DNA of 64,000 bases from the human T2T-CHM13v2.0 reference genome, Homo sapiens, in assembly GCF_009914755.1 (NCBI RefSeq), contig NC_060946.1. One strand, written 5' to 3'. The position numbers and the translations under genes were made by a program. Position 1 is the stretch's first letter; every line of letters begins with the position of its first letter. The notes under the pieces were generated by a model. The model ran no database searches. It was given only the letters and a program-made list of their open reading frames with translations, and was not told where the DNA came from. This document shows positions 1 to 29,280 of this stretch, in pieces.

Positions 1-508
<508 letters not shown>

Positions 509-1029
509 TAAACATACGAAAATAGCCTCATTTATAACACAAACCCCCAATATATTATGTTACCCATGTCTCACCATGATTTCAAACACCTTTCAGATTT
601 ATTTTCAGTTCCTGATTTCTACCACTCAGACTGGGCTGGAGGAACTCTAAGAAACAGACTTCCTGCTGACCCTCCTGCGCCGACTTCTAGGCATGTCTTT
701 GGTCCAAATGTGGGCTCCTCTTCCTCCCTCATGCAAATGAACTCTTAAAGATTAGTCCACCAAGTCTTCTAGAGAGGTCTACACAAGTCTGAATTTTAAG
801 GTAAAAGTGGCTGAGATTTAAGTTGAGAGTCAGTGTGGCAGATTCCTGGCTCTTAAAGGTTTTTACTTTGAAGAAGATAAAATGCACGAATCCTACTAGG
901 GCAGAAAGAGTTCACAATAGATGTTTTGGTGACAAAGCACTTGTTCTACATAGCCCAAGGGTAAATGCCAATACCTATTCAGAATGGAGCAGGGAAATTG
1001 AAAATAAATTTGAACCCTTCTAATGTAAA

Positions 1030-1245
1030 GCTTCTGTTTCATATCCTGGCTCTTAGCAGCTGAGTGACCTTGGGCAAGTAATATAACATTTCTGAGCCTT
1101 TATTTTCTCACCCTAAAATGGAGATAACATCAATATTGTCTCCATCACTCCGAAACCCCCTTACAGTTTGGTAAGAATTACATGAGATAAAATATGTAAC
1201 TAGCACAGTACTAGCACAAAATAAGGAGTCAGTTAATATTAGCTC
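1030..1245 (+). mobile_element. MIR
   Basis: gtgaccttgggcaagt...tctgagcct...aaaatggagataa core. Confidence 0.7.
1099..1104 (-). terminator. Candidate AATAAA poly(A) signal for C22orf42, inside a MIR
   Basis: tttatt on + strand about 515 nt past the stop codon. Confidence 0.5.
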
Positions 1246-1617
1246 TTCTTCCTCCACCAGCTCAGCTCCTTTGCTCTTCCTTATCCAGGAAATACAGAAA
1301 TATATGGATTCACTGTAGAAGCTGGACCCAGCTCTTCAGATGCAGCAGATGGATTGACCCACTCTGTAATGACCCAGGATGGGGCGGGTGTTCTTCTGCA
1401 TGGTGACTGAGAATGTGAGCCTCAGAATGAAATGTAAGAACACCAGGCTGCAAGAGGACTGGCTGCAGCCACAAACTGCAGGTCACTGTTCACAGGTGCT
1501 CAGTAGGAAGAGAGAGAGGCTTGTGATTTTTTTTTCACCCAGATGGAAATATGCATTCATAAAATGATTTGAGCTGGGCGTGATGGCAGGCGTCTGTAAT
1601 CCCAGCTACTTGGAACA

Positions 1618-11293
<9,676 letters not shown>

Positions 11294-11401
11294 TGGGCAC
11301 CTAAACACACAAAAAAGTCCAAGAGGCACAAGGACAGAATGTAGTCGGAGCTCCTCCTCCTTCTACGGCCAGCTACCGACTGAAGGCTGCTGGCCCTGGC
11401 C

Positions 11402-11450
11402 GTTGCCTAGTAACCACAAAACCTCCTATGTCACCTGGTTGCCAGGAAAC
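11402..11450. promoter_or_regulatory. C22orf42 proximal promoter with RFX X-box-like motifs
   Basis: GTTGCCTAGTAAC (11402-11414) and GTTGCCAGGAAAC (11438-11450), about 110-160 bp upstream of the ATG. Confidence 0.55.
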
Positions 11451-14400
11451 AACCAAGTCAGGCTAGTGGCTCACAATGGCCGACCCCACAGACCCACCAA
11501 ATGCCTCACAATGCCCATCCCTGCTGCTGCCCACCTTGTGGCCACCCTGTCCCTCTGTGGTGACTGCATTATTCATCCTGGGCTGCCTGAGCTTTCCAGT
11601 CCTGAGAAAAGTGCAGGGGTTGGAGGTTGTTATTGGAAGTCACCCTGGGCAATGAACTCAATAGAAAACCCTGGTTACTAAAGTCAGTTCCATTAGCATC
11701 TCTGTTTTTCTGAGTCTGGCAGCTTTCGTTTGCTCACCAAATGTAGTTATACACAAATTTCGGACTGCTTTGTAAGTAAATGCTTCTCTCCTGTCTTACA
11801 AGTGTTACTTTTTGTCTTCAACTTGACCACAGCAACTCCTAGAGCCCTGGTCCCACTCTCGATAAAGCGTGATGACTGCGACTTGAATGAAACCCTAGGA
11901 CACATCACACTTTCCCTTCATTGTCTATAAAATAGGGACTGAACTCATCCTTCCCAGTTCTGAAATGCTAGGACCTACCAACTCTCTTTTCTCCCTCTGT
12001 TTCTTTCTTCCATGGCAGGGATATTCAGATATTTCTTTTACTAACAATGCATAAAGCACGTTTTTCTTACACAAAATTGAAAACCATATAGTGGGATACC
12101 ACTGTCCTCATTTGATGAAGATGAACAGTAAATATCTGGCAAGCCTGACAGTATTCCAACAGTGGTATACTAATTTAACCCCCAGAAACCATTCCATTTT
12201 ACGGATTTTGCAGAATCAATCTAGATGGAGAAGTTAAGTAGCTTCCCCAAGTTTCCATGACGGCTCAAGATGGGGCCAGAATTTAATCCTGAGTAATCTT
12301 GATCCCCACAAGCCGATCATGATTATCAGAAAGTAAAGGTAGACGTCATGCTTGGAGGGGAAGTGACCTTGTAGATTAGTATTTTTTTTAAAGAATAACA
12401 GTTTTTTGATGTGAATTTTAAAATGCCTCCCCTTCATTCAACATTAAGTCTAAGTGCCAATACTGCATGTGTGAAACAGTCCCAACCCTCAGTGAGTTCA
12501 GGCAGATGAGCAAACAAAGGCTTAGAGGGTTCAATTATCTGAGGCTACACTGCTGGACAGTGAATCAACCTGGAATGAAAATGCAGATCTATCTGACCCA
12601 AAATTAGATGCTGGGGTAGAGTTTGAATTTTATTCTGGAAACGAGAGTCACTGAACCACACAGGGGTGAGGAGTCTCTATCCGATGTGCTTGCAGTGACG
12701 TCACTCTGCGCAGTGGAGAGGGCTTTATGAAAGCAGTGGGGCTGATTAAGATACTCTATGTTCATCTGGAGAACAGTAAGGCTAAAAAGGCAGCAGCAGT
12801 GACTGAAGTGGAAGGAAAAGTTTTGTGATCATTTGGGAGATAGAACAGGAAGTGCTTGGTGATTAGACGTGGAAGAAGAGGGGAAGGAAAAACAGGCTGC
12901 TAAGGCCCTAGTTTGATGGACTGTGTAAATAGCAGTGATTCTCCCCTAGACAGAGAATGTAGGACGAGAAAGAGGTGTGGGGAATGAGACAGTTTTGAAC
13001 TCTTTAAGTGTCACATTGAAATGGAACCGTCTGGTTGAAAATTGGATGTAAACCTCTGTAGGCTAAGTCCATTCTGTGACATCCCAACTCATGTTTTCAA
13101 AAGTAACACACACACAGTAACTCAAACCATTAAGGAAATTTCCTAACATTTACATACTAAGAATATAATAGTTTTTTAGTGATTACTTTCTTAGGGAAAC
13201 TTTGAATTTATGGTTGTAGCGAATGAGGTGTCACGTAAAATAAAACTGTTATATAAGAACAACATTTAAATTCTATTGTCATAACAGCATATAGAAAACA
13301 ATTGAAGCCATGGGTAAGACCGTGACTGCTTTAAAAAGCTGTGTCTAATAAGGGGAGGGGTTGGAGAGAAAGGAGGCTTGGGGAATAGGGAAATGTATGT
13401 GGCATGAAGTAAAGCCTGCAAAAGTGAAAAGTGAGAGTCAGGGCACCTGAGTGTTCATCAGCAATGGCTGATCTGGTGAGACTCGTCGGAATGGAGGTGG
13501 TGTCTGCTTCTCATTTCTGTAATGGCCTCACCTAGCACAGGGCCTGGTCAGTAGGTACTTTATACCTAATACCCCAATCAACAGAGCCATATGTTGCCAA
13601 GAAGGCAGAAAAGCCACAAATGCCATTGCCTGTGGCAACTCAGTGATTGGGGATGTGTGTGAGTAAGCTGAGTGTCAGCAGTGGGGAAAGAGTGAACTAG
13701 AAGTGAGAAAGTAAAGACATCAACTGAGGGCTTCTCCTCCTAAAAGTTTGGCTGAAAAGAGAGATGTGGGAATAGTTAAAGGGAGATATATGGTTAAGAA
13801 AGCTTTCATCCCCCCCCCATAAAGATGAGTATACTTTTATGTTAAATGGTAAGAACCAATAAAGGAAACACATTTACAATTGGAAGAGAGGGAGAATTAA
13901 TAACACATGATGCCCAAGAAGGCACAAGTTCATGCAATCCAGAGTGAGGACAGATTAGCTTCGGACTGATACAAAATCAAGAAGGGAGAAAGCACTGTGT
14001 GACTAGAGACATTTCTTCTAAAGGAGAGGTTTGCAAAAAGCTCTTTTCATGACCAGTTTCTCTCTGTTTGAATAGACTTGTCAGATAACTACTCTAGGAA
14101 AGAGGCCATTATGTATAGAGAAGTCTACACTTTAGAAAAGCTTGATACACCTTACAATCCCCAAATAATGGCTTTCCTCAACAGTGAGTAAATTGAAAAG
14201 CAATTTAAGCAAAAACCCAGAGGCTCAAATATGAATAGGTGCTTCACAAAAGTTGAAGAGGGGGCTAATTAACTCCCTCAAAGGGTTAAAAGAAAAAGCA
14301 ACAACTGCGAGAAGAGTGAAAAATAAGAATAAAAGTATATGTAGTTGCAAAAAGTCTGAATGTTTACAAACCCTGTGACCACAAAAGAGACCATAAAAGG

Positions 14401-14884
14401 GGCCACAGGGAGTGTTATCACAGGAGGAAAACGGTTGCTTCAAAAAGCAGAGGAGTGGGGGTAATAAAGATTCCATTTAGTTGCAAAGATTTAAGTAAAG
14501 TTTGAGGACAGTTAGGTGACATGTTGAAATGTGGAAAACCAAAGTGGAAGGGGAAAAGACCCGATAAAGTTCAGTTTCAGCAACCAACATCCGATGAAAT
14601 CCTCAGGACCCAGTGACTGCATTCTGCATAAATAATCATATTGGCTGAGGTCCCAGGAATGTCATTAGATACCATTTTGGATGATTCTTATGGACTTGAG
14701 GTGAGGTCCATTTTGTTACAAATCAGTGCGTGCATTTAACAACAGACATACACAAAAATACGTATCCATGACCATGAAAATCTTACTACTTTCCCTAGCT
14801 CACACTTTATCACATAATAATGAATTTCTTCTTTAAAAAAAAATAGAGAACTAATTTTGGTCAGCTTTAATATGATTCCTTGGT

Positions 14885-15100
14885 TGGGTGTGGTAGATCC
14901 TGCCTGTATTCCCAGCACTTTGGGAGGCTGAGACGGGCAGATCGCTTGAACCCAGGAGTTTGAGACTAGCCTGGGCAACATGGTGAAACCCTGCCTTTAC
15001 AAAAAATACAAAAATTATGCTGGTGTGGTGGTGTAAACCTGTAGTCTCAGCTCCTGTGGAGACCTGAGAGAGACCCTGTCTCAAAGTAAATAAATAAATA
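14885..15100 (+). mobile_element. Alu with internal deletion
   Basis: Left arm plus truncated right arm. Confidence 0.75.
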
Positions 15101-15169
15101 TGGGCCCTTATGACATTAGATGACTCAGACGTGGGTCTTGTTTTTGGTTCATTTATTCTCTTTTCCTCA

Positions 15170-15575
15170 TTACTGTAAGTTGACATGTAGTAACTGTACA
15201 TAGTTATGGCATACAAAGTGATATTTTGATATGTGTGTACAATGTAATAAATCAAGGAAATTAACATAACATCACCTCAAACATTTATTATTTCTTTACG
15301 TTGGGAACATTCAGAATCCTCTCTTAGGTATTTGAAAATACACAATAGAGTTAACCCAATTTATTTTACAGTGCCATGGAACACCAGAAGGCATTTCTCC
15401 CATCTAGATATAATTGTTTATTAAGTAACCAACCTCTCTACATGCTCTTCCAAGCCTCTGTACCCATAATTTTAGTCTCTGCTTCTGTGAGCTCAAAATG
15501 GTTGTTTTTTAGCTCCCACATAGGAGTGAGAACACGTGGTATTTATCTTTCTGTACCTAATTTATTTTGCTAGAC
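15170..15575 (-). mobile_element. L1MA-type 3' fragment (paralog at ~47410-48250)
   Basis: gttgacatgtagtaactgtacata...ctcccacataggagtgagaacacg. Confidence 0.65.
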
Positions 15576-16489
15576 AGAGACTCAGGTCTTGACCAAGAGA
15601 AATGAATAAATCTGCAGATACCAAAGGCTAAGTGATTGGTTTGTACTTAATTTATAGAATAATAGCTTTGTTTCAAATTTTAAATAACTTGAATATAATC
15701 TTACTATTTACCCTTCCTACACATGTATCACATATTAAATATATATCTTATGTATATAGAAAGAAGAAATATTATATTTTTAATTCATATATCTATACAC
15801 ACAGATATATATTTTTTAAGATCTAAATTTGGTCCTATTAAAATACGACGCATGCTGGGGTAGAATGACTCCTTGGGATTCAATGTCTGAGCAAGGAAAC
15901 AAGGCTTGGGAGACAGAATATTGCATGCGATTGGAATAAGTTGCATTCTGATTATAAAGGAATCATTTAGGGCTTACTTTTTGCTAGATGCAAGATGTAA
16001 AGACAGAGTCCAGTCCTGATGTATTCTCTAAGTGAGAAAATCTCTTCCATAAACAGAAACTATATCCTGATGCAAAGACAGAGTCCGTCCACGGTGACTC
16101 TGAGACAAGTGAGAAAATCTCTGCCTTAAACAGAAACGTGTTTTACACTGGACACAATGTGAAACAGCAAGGATGACTTATGAAAAGCCAGTTTCACAAG
16201 GTGATTCTATGAGCTGTTCCAGGCAAGAGGGAGAGAGCAGACAGCAAGATACATGTGTAGAAGAGCATGTGAGATCAATAAGACAGTGGTGCAGGTCAGG
16301 ATGAGGCACCCTGAGCACAGAGATGCAGGCAGAGCCACTCAGACAGACCTGGGAGGGACTTGGGGCAACAGCCCAGAGAGGGCCTGGCTTCTGTGCAGCC
16401 CTTACCGTGAGAGGGGGCGGATGGGGAGGGGCAGCCCTTACGGTGAGACGGGGTGGATGGGGAGGGGCAGGTTCTTGGGTTTCTGCTCT

Positions 16490-16880
16490 CAAGGTGCCCA
16501 CTATCAGACAGGGGGTGAGGAGCCATGATTAAGGGGTATCACATGGCAGTTATTTTGTGGTGATGAAACAGTTTTGTATCCTGACTGTGTTGATTGTTGC
16601 ACAAATCTATACATGGAAGAAAGCTGCATAGCACCACAGATGCACACACACAGCGAACAAATGTGTGCCTGTAAAAACTGGTGAGAACCCAACAGGGTGT
16701 TTAGTGAACAGATTGCACCAATGTCAATTTCCTGACTCTGCTAATGCACTATAGTTATACAAAGTGTCATATTGGGGAAGCCGGGGAGGGTTCTGGGGAT
16801 TCTACTTATTGTTGTTGCAACTTCCTCTGAGTCTATAATTGTTTCAAAATAAAGGTTTTTAAAAGGAGAAAAAAAAAGAA
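16490..16880 (+). mobile_element. L1MC/MD-type 3' end
   Basis: ttgcaccaatgtcaatttcctg...tctataattgtttcaaaataaa. Confidence 0.6.
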
Positions 16881-16939
16881 AACCTCTCCTGAGCTCTGCT
16901 TCTTCAGTGGGCAGCCTGTGTCTGGATGGAGGGGAGGGA

Positions 16940-16986
<47 letters not shown>

Positions 16987-17002
16987 TTCTGAACTGGACA
17001 TC

Positions 17003-17298
17003 TTTTTTTTTTTTTTTTTTTAAGACAAGGTCTCATTCTATTGCCCAGGCTGGAGTGCAGTGGTGCGATCACAGCTCACTGCAGCCTCAACTTCCCTGGC
17101 TCCAGTATCCTCCCACCTCAGCCTCCTGAGTAGCCAGGACCACAGGTGTGCCACCACACCTGGCTAAATTTTGTATTTTCTGTAGAGACAGGGTTTCACC
17201 ATGTTTCCCAGGTTGGTCTTGGATTTCTGAGCTCAAGCAATCCACCCGACTTGGCCTCCCAAAGTGCCAGGATTACAGGCATGAGCCAGTGCCCCCGG
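17003..17298 (-). mobile_element. AluJ, preceded by (GT)n at 16941-16986
   Basis: Antisense Alu consensus. Confidence 0.85.
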
Positions 17299-17469
17299 AC
17301 AGAACTGGGCATCTTCCTCCGGAGGAGCTGAAGTCAGAAAAATGCCCCTAATCCAGTGCGATTCCAGCCCTGGCTCTGAGATGAAGGTCCCCACAGAGCT
17401 CTTTTACTGGGATGAGGGCGAGGCAGTCAGGTCTTCTCATTTTTTATGTGATATCAAAGGTCTCCGACA

Positions 17470-17670
17470 GGGCGTCCAATCCAAATTCTGAGATGATGGA
17501 AATGTTCTCCGTGCTGTTCCAAAGGAGTGGAACCAGCTCCATGTCACTGTTGAGTACCTGAAATATGGGTAGTGCAGATGAAGAACTGAATTTGTCATCT
17601 TAAGTGTATGAATAAGTTGTTTAAATTCAAGTAGCTGCACGCAGCTAGTTTTTACTAAATGGGGCAGCGC
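17470..17670. mobile_element. MER3/MER33-like hAT-Charlie element
   Basis: gatgatggaaatgttct...gagtacctgaaatatgggtagtgcagatgaagaactgaattt. Confidence 0.55.
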
Positions 17671-18304
17671 AGGTCTGAGGAACCAGGGATTGAAGGAAGC
17701 TGGAAAGACCTTTCCCTGGCTTTGGGGTCTGTGGGACAGCCAGAGATGGGAACAGGCCCTAAGAGGGCCTGGTGGGGCTGGAGTTTGGAAACAGGAAAGG
17801 TGTAGGTCAGGTTTGATGGGAAACAGCTGGGATCTCTTGTCATTCGTGAGCTCTTGGTGACACATGCAACTACAGTAATAAATAATGGAATTCACTTTCT
17901 CAAAAATGCATTTCCTCTGTATGTAACCTTTACTCTTTTACAGAGACACACCCACTCTTTCTCCAACACAGGCACATACACACACCTTCTGTCACACACG
18001 CTCTGATATACACTCTCCCACTCTCTGTTCCAGTCTTTCTGTCACACTCACACCTTGTCTCCATCTCTCATCCATAGTCTGTCCCACAGCCGAAACACAC
18101 ACGCACAGCTAACACACATGCGCCCACAGACACGCTTTCCCTGGCCCTTGTCCTCACCCACTGACAGACAGATGTCTGCAGTTCTCTCTGCTTGTGCTGT
18201 CTGTGTCTGGCTTTGGAATCAGGGTAAAGCTAACCTCATGGGGTGGACTACGAGATGTCCTCTACTCTTGGATTTTCCGGGCTCTTGCTGCTGCATGGCT
18301 GTCA

Positions 18305-18735
<431 letters not shown>

Positions 18736-18905
18736 TGCAGATAATAGTAGAGTCTACCTCCAGTGTTGTTCCGAGTAGCAAATGAGTTAACATTTATAAA
18801 CATTTTAGAACAAAGTCAAGTGCATAAGATGCTGTACATAAATGTATATTAAATATTACTGGAGCAGCCACTTCACTGTTATCCCCATTGCCATTGTTTA
18901 TAATA

Positions 18906-19308
18906 CAGTCACGTGCCCCATAAGGATCTTTCAGTAGAGGATGGACCTCATATACAATGGTAGTTCATCCCATTATACATTATAATCTCATAAAGTTATA
19001 ATGGATCTGTCCTATACAAGTGTACCTTTTTATATATTTTATACTGTATTTTTACTGTGCCTTTTTTGTTTAGATGTTTAGCTACACAAACACTGTTGTG
19101 TCACAGTTGCCTGCAGTATTCAGCACAGTCACATACTGCACAGGTCTGTAGCCCAGGAGCAATAAATAGGCTGCACCGTGTGGCCCAGGTGTGTAGTAGG
19201 CCGTCCCATCTAGGTTTGTGTAAGTGCACTCTGAGATGTTCCCACAATGATGAAGCTAACAGTGCATTTCTCATAATGCATCCCCATTGTTAAGTGACAC
19301 ACCACTGT
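18906..19308 (-). mobile_element. Tigger3/MER7-like DNA transposon
   Basis: TA-flanked cagtcacgtg...cactg termini; ccatctaggtttgtgtaagtgcactctg. Confidence 0.7.
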
Positions 19309-19399
19309 ACTTAGAACAATGTTCACTAACACAGCAAGTACCAGCATGTGTCGTGTCCGTTTAAAAACAGCTATTGGCTTCCTATTACTTTCATGGTGA

Positions 19400-20149
<750 letters not shown>

Positions 20150-20388
20150 AGCCTAGGCTTATTTGAGTCCAGGCCTTGCACAGGGCACTGGGAATATGAT
20201 GTGCTTGAGAGACCCACAGTCCAGTCACCACAGTCTCATAAAGAAAGATAGACAAGGAAAGAGGGTATGAGGCTGGATTTAAGCACCCCAGGGTGCCATG
20301 GAATCCCCACGCTGGTGACAGTCAGCGCTACAGGAAGGATCTGGTGGGTTTCTCAGAGATTGCCTGATTTGGACTTTGGATGACCTAG

Positions 20389-21082
20389 TGTATTAGTCCA
20401 TTTTCATCTTACTATAAAGAACTTCCCTGAGACTGGGTAATTTATAAAAGAAAGAGGTTTGGCCAGGCACAATAGCTCACACCTATAATCCCTGCACTTT
20501 GGGAGGCTGAGGCGGGTAGATCACTTGAAGTCAGGAGTTCGAGACTAGCCTGGCCAACACAGTGAAACCCCCTCTCTACTAAAAATACAAAAAATTAGCC
20601 GTGCTTGGTGGCACACGCCTGTAGTCCCAGCTACTCGGGAGGCTGAGGCAGGAGAATTGCTTGAACCCAGGAAATGGAGGTTGCAGTGAGCCGAGATAGC
20701 CACTGTACTCCAGGCTGGGCAACAAGAGTGAAACTCTGTCATAAAATAAAATAAAATAAATAAAATAAAATAAAATAAAATAAAATAAAATAAATAAAAT
20801 TTAATTGACTCACAGTTTCCACATGGCTGGGGAGGCCTCAGGAAACTTATAATCATGGCGGAAAGGGAAGCAGACATCTTCTTCACAAGGCAGCAGGAGA
20901 GAGAAGAGTGACAGGGACTTCCAAACACTTATAAAGCCATCAAATCTCTGAGAACTCACTCATTATCATGAGAACAGCATGAGGGAAACTGTCCCCATGA
21001 TCCAATCACCTCCCTCCCTTGACATGTAGGGATTACAAATCCAGATGAGATTTGGGCGGGGACACAGAGCCAAACCATATCA
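20389..21082 (-). mobile_element. THE1 (MaLR) LTR interrupted by an Alu at 20461-20800 (+)
   Basis: tgtattagtccatttt...gggacacagagccaaaccatatca. Confidence 0.85.
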
Positions 21083-21314
21083 CCTAGATTTTTCCAGGTG
21101 ATGGAATCAAGTGTTCCTGGAAACGGGAATGGCAAAAACACACACCTGGGTGCATGCATTCAGTAACAACAGTCAGTACAGCAATCACTACAGCTTCTGA
21201 TCTGACATCATATGCATGTTCCTGATGCTCTCTGCTCTACAAAAGCATGCACCACAACTAACAGGGCTTATGAGAAAGTGAGGCTGGGAAGGACCCCTCA
21301 AGATCTATGGAACT

Positions 21315-21611
<297 letters not shown>

Positions 21612-21971
21612 TCTATGAAACATCAAAACTAGACCACTAACCAAACAATGATCATGATAACAATTCCTCCCAGTTAAACCTCCACCAGCATTTGTACCTG
21701 GCCTCACAACCAGGCAATGTTTGCGGCTTTAAGCCCCAAGTCCTGATTCTTCCTTTGAGATGTAGGTCCTGGAGAACTTTTGCTTTTAATAAAGACTGTT
21801 TTCATCACAATTAAAATCAGATCCAGGATATAGCCTTCTTGATGAACCCACTATTTTAATACAGCAGGAAATGTCTTCACACTCTCCTCATCTGCACTCA
21901 CGGTTTCACCAAAGAGTTGACCATCATAGAAGCTCAGAGGCTCTTGGAGGTGCTAAACCAGCCACAACTTA

Positions 21972-25251
<3,280 letters not shown>

Positions 25252-26059
25252 TTACACTTGTCTTTCTGCTTAGGTTTCTGTTCTGATCCCATTTGGGTGT
25301 CCCAGGAGCCCCTGACTTGCCGCGTGTCCAGAGAGAGCACCTTATCATCTGCTTCTCGCAAAGCCAACTCTCCTCCTCCGTCTGTATCACGGCTGAAGCG
25401 TTGGTCATTCTGTTTTCTGAAACCCAGGTCTCTTGGTGTGTTTAGCTCTCGGCCCCTCCTTTACTTCCTTCACCAAGCCCTCTTAATTTTGCTTGTGAAA
25501 TGCCTCATGACTCTGACTCTTTCATGTCATTTCTGTGGCTGTGAGCGCAGTGGAGTGCAGTGCCCCTCGGCCCCATTTCATTCTTCACCCGGCACCTCCC
25601 TTCCAGCTGCTCCATTCTCTCTCTGCTGCTCACAGAGTCCTCCAGCAAAGCCCTACAGGTTACGGGCACCCCACCTCGGGCCCCTTGGCTTCCTCCCTTT
25701 GCCCCCGAGAGAAAGTTCGGTGTATGGCACCTTTTCCCAGCATCACTGTCCACACAGCACCGTCACTGTCCTGTGTGTGCATCACCTGTCTCAGGGACAT
25801 AACGATTTCCTTCAACTGGTTCAGGTTTTAAAACTTCAATGGACTTATTTCAGAAGGCACCTTTATGTCACTACCATAAAAGGAAAATGAGGGTAGCCTG
25901 CCACAAAGAGGGTCTCTCAAAGCTCAGTAAGTGACTACTACAGTGAAGACCACCCCAGGTGCCCTCGGGGGCCAGCAGGGATGCATGCGTCCACTCTGGG
26001 AAGCCGTGAGCTGTGGGAGCTCCTCTGCAGCGGGCTCCTTCTCTTCATCCGAGGGAGTG

Positions 26060-26930
<871 letters not shown>

Positions 26931-27949
26931 TTACCCTCTCCTTTTGTGAGCCTACTCCACGCCCTCCAACGGTGTTATGTCTCTCCTGGGCATCAGCGAC
27001 ACCGGTGGTCTCTTGGTCGCGTTGGCCACCTTCCTCCGCGTTCCTGCCTCTGTGCCTCCTCTTCACCGTTTCTCTGGCAGGTCACTGCTGGCCTCTTCTG
27101 GAGGCCTAGATCAGCCGTTGCCTCCTGTGTGATCCCACAGCTGGTCTCCCAAGGAGAGCCAGCCCTCTCCTCCCTGTGACCTCTGGGCACTTGATTCTGG
27201 ATCTCTTGTTTTACCCCATAACCCCACCATTCATGTTTGGCACACGAGTCTTTCACGTGGGTGTGCCGTGCTGGCACGATGGCTTTTTGCATTTTCATCT
27301 CCTGCCTGGATCATTTTCTCAAGTGCTTGTGAATCACACAGACGTCGCCTCCCAATGGGAGTCAGAGATCTCAGGGTGGAGGTCCAGCTCTCCTATTTTC
27401 TGACTCTGTGACCCAAGGTTCACACTGAACTCGGAATCTCTGCTGGCTTAGGCGTAAACCATAAAGCATGCGTCAGTTCTGAAAGCTGCTTGTCCAGTAA
27501 AGGCTTAATTTTCCCAGTGTGAGGATTTACCTATGTGGGTAGATTTGGTCCATTGTTCTGAGATACGTGCAGGGGAGGCCCAGACCCCCGACTAGAGGCC
27601 TGCGGAGGGCTGCAGAGGTTCTCTAGGGTGGTCTGCTCATATGATCCTTTTCCTCCTGGCTCCTGCCCTTTCTCCTAGCCCTGGTCCAGTTTAGACCAGG
27701 GAAGGACAGTGCTGTCCTCATCCAGTGCACCCGGAGAGCAGGTGGAGTGTCTCCTGAAGCTGCAGCCACAGAGTCTGGCCCAGGCCTCCCCTTGTGCCCC
27801 ACGCAGCCACATGGTCCTGCGCAGGGTGTGGCCTGCAGCAGAGACTCCAGCCGGCACATCTGCACATCCTGGGCCTCCTGCTCTCTCTCTGCTCCGTGCA
27901 GAGGACCTGTAGCGCCACCTTTGACCCCTTTTTTCTTCTGTTCCCTGGA

Positions 27950-28700
27950 GCCCGACTTGGGGAGGGCGGACGGCAGGAAACGCGGGAGGCGAAGGCGAGG
28001 CTGCTCAGCGGCGGCTCGGGATGCCTCCAGCAACGGGGACTAGCCCTGCGCGCCCGGGGAGGGGGAGGCGCTGGCGCTGTGACGGCCGCGGGGAGGGCCA
28101 CCTTCCCAGCACACGCACACATACGCCCCCGGCCCTCAGCCGCTCCGGCTGCCGCTGCCCGCCGACAGCTGACCTCCAGGCACCGCAGCGCCCGGGAACA
28201 GCCATCTGGGAACCGCGACCGCGCACTGACACACGCAGTGGCCGCCGCCGCCGCCGCTCCGCCAAGCGCTGCCTGTAGCACCTGCACGGTGGTTTGGAGG
28301 GGAAGGTCTGGGCAGGCGAACGTTCCACGAGGGCGTCCCAGAGGCATCTGCAGCCTCCGCTCTCCTGTTCTGCTCTGGCGCCCACCAGCCCCTGACCGAG
28401 TCCAGAGGGTCACCGAAGACGCCCCCCAGTGCTCGAACGCCCGTTGGTGCCAGGCTGCCCGGCCCTGAGGGCCTTGCCTGAGGACACCCCTTTCCTCCCC
28501 TCCGGAAGGGGCGACCGCCCTTTGCCAACCCCAGGCAAAGCTGGGGCCCCAACCTTATGTGCGCTACCGCCCCCTCCAGGCATTTGACCTCCCCGCGTCC
28601 CCATTCTTGACGAGCCCCGTCCTAGAAGTCTCCTGGGGGGTGGGAGCACTGTCCTCAGGCCAGGGCGGGGCCGCGGGCTCCCCTGGACTTGGCCCTCTCT
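27950..28700. promoter_or_regulatory. CpG island with no associated CDS in the window
   Basis: Very high GC and CpG density; (GCC)5 at ~28241-28257; not an Alu. Confidence 0.75.
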
Positions 28701-28816
28701 CTGCCAGGTCTCACTGGCCAATCTTAGCCAAAGCAGTCCCGGGCCAGATGTACCCGAGTGAGCTGACCTAAGACCTTGGGTTCCTTGTGCCTCTGCATAC
28801 TTAAAGAATGGGAATC

Positions 28817-29280
<464 letters not shown>

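Noticed and set aside
16395-16470. Two copies of a ~36-bp G-rich unit
   Set aside because: Simple local tandem duplication with no supporting functional context.
27623-28721. Several 100-230 aa ORFs on both strands
   Set aside because: Expected from stop-codon scarcity in a CpG island; low complexity with no family match.
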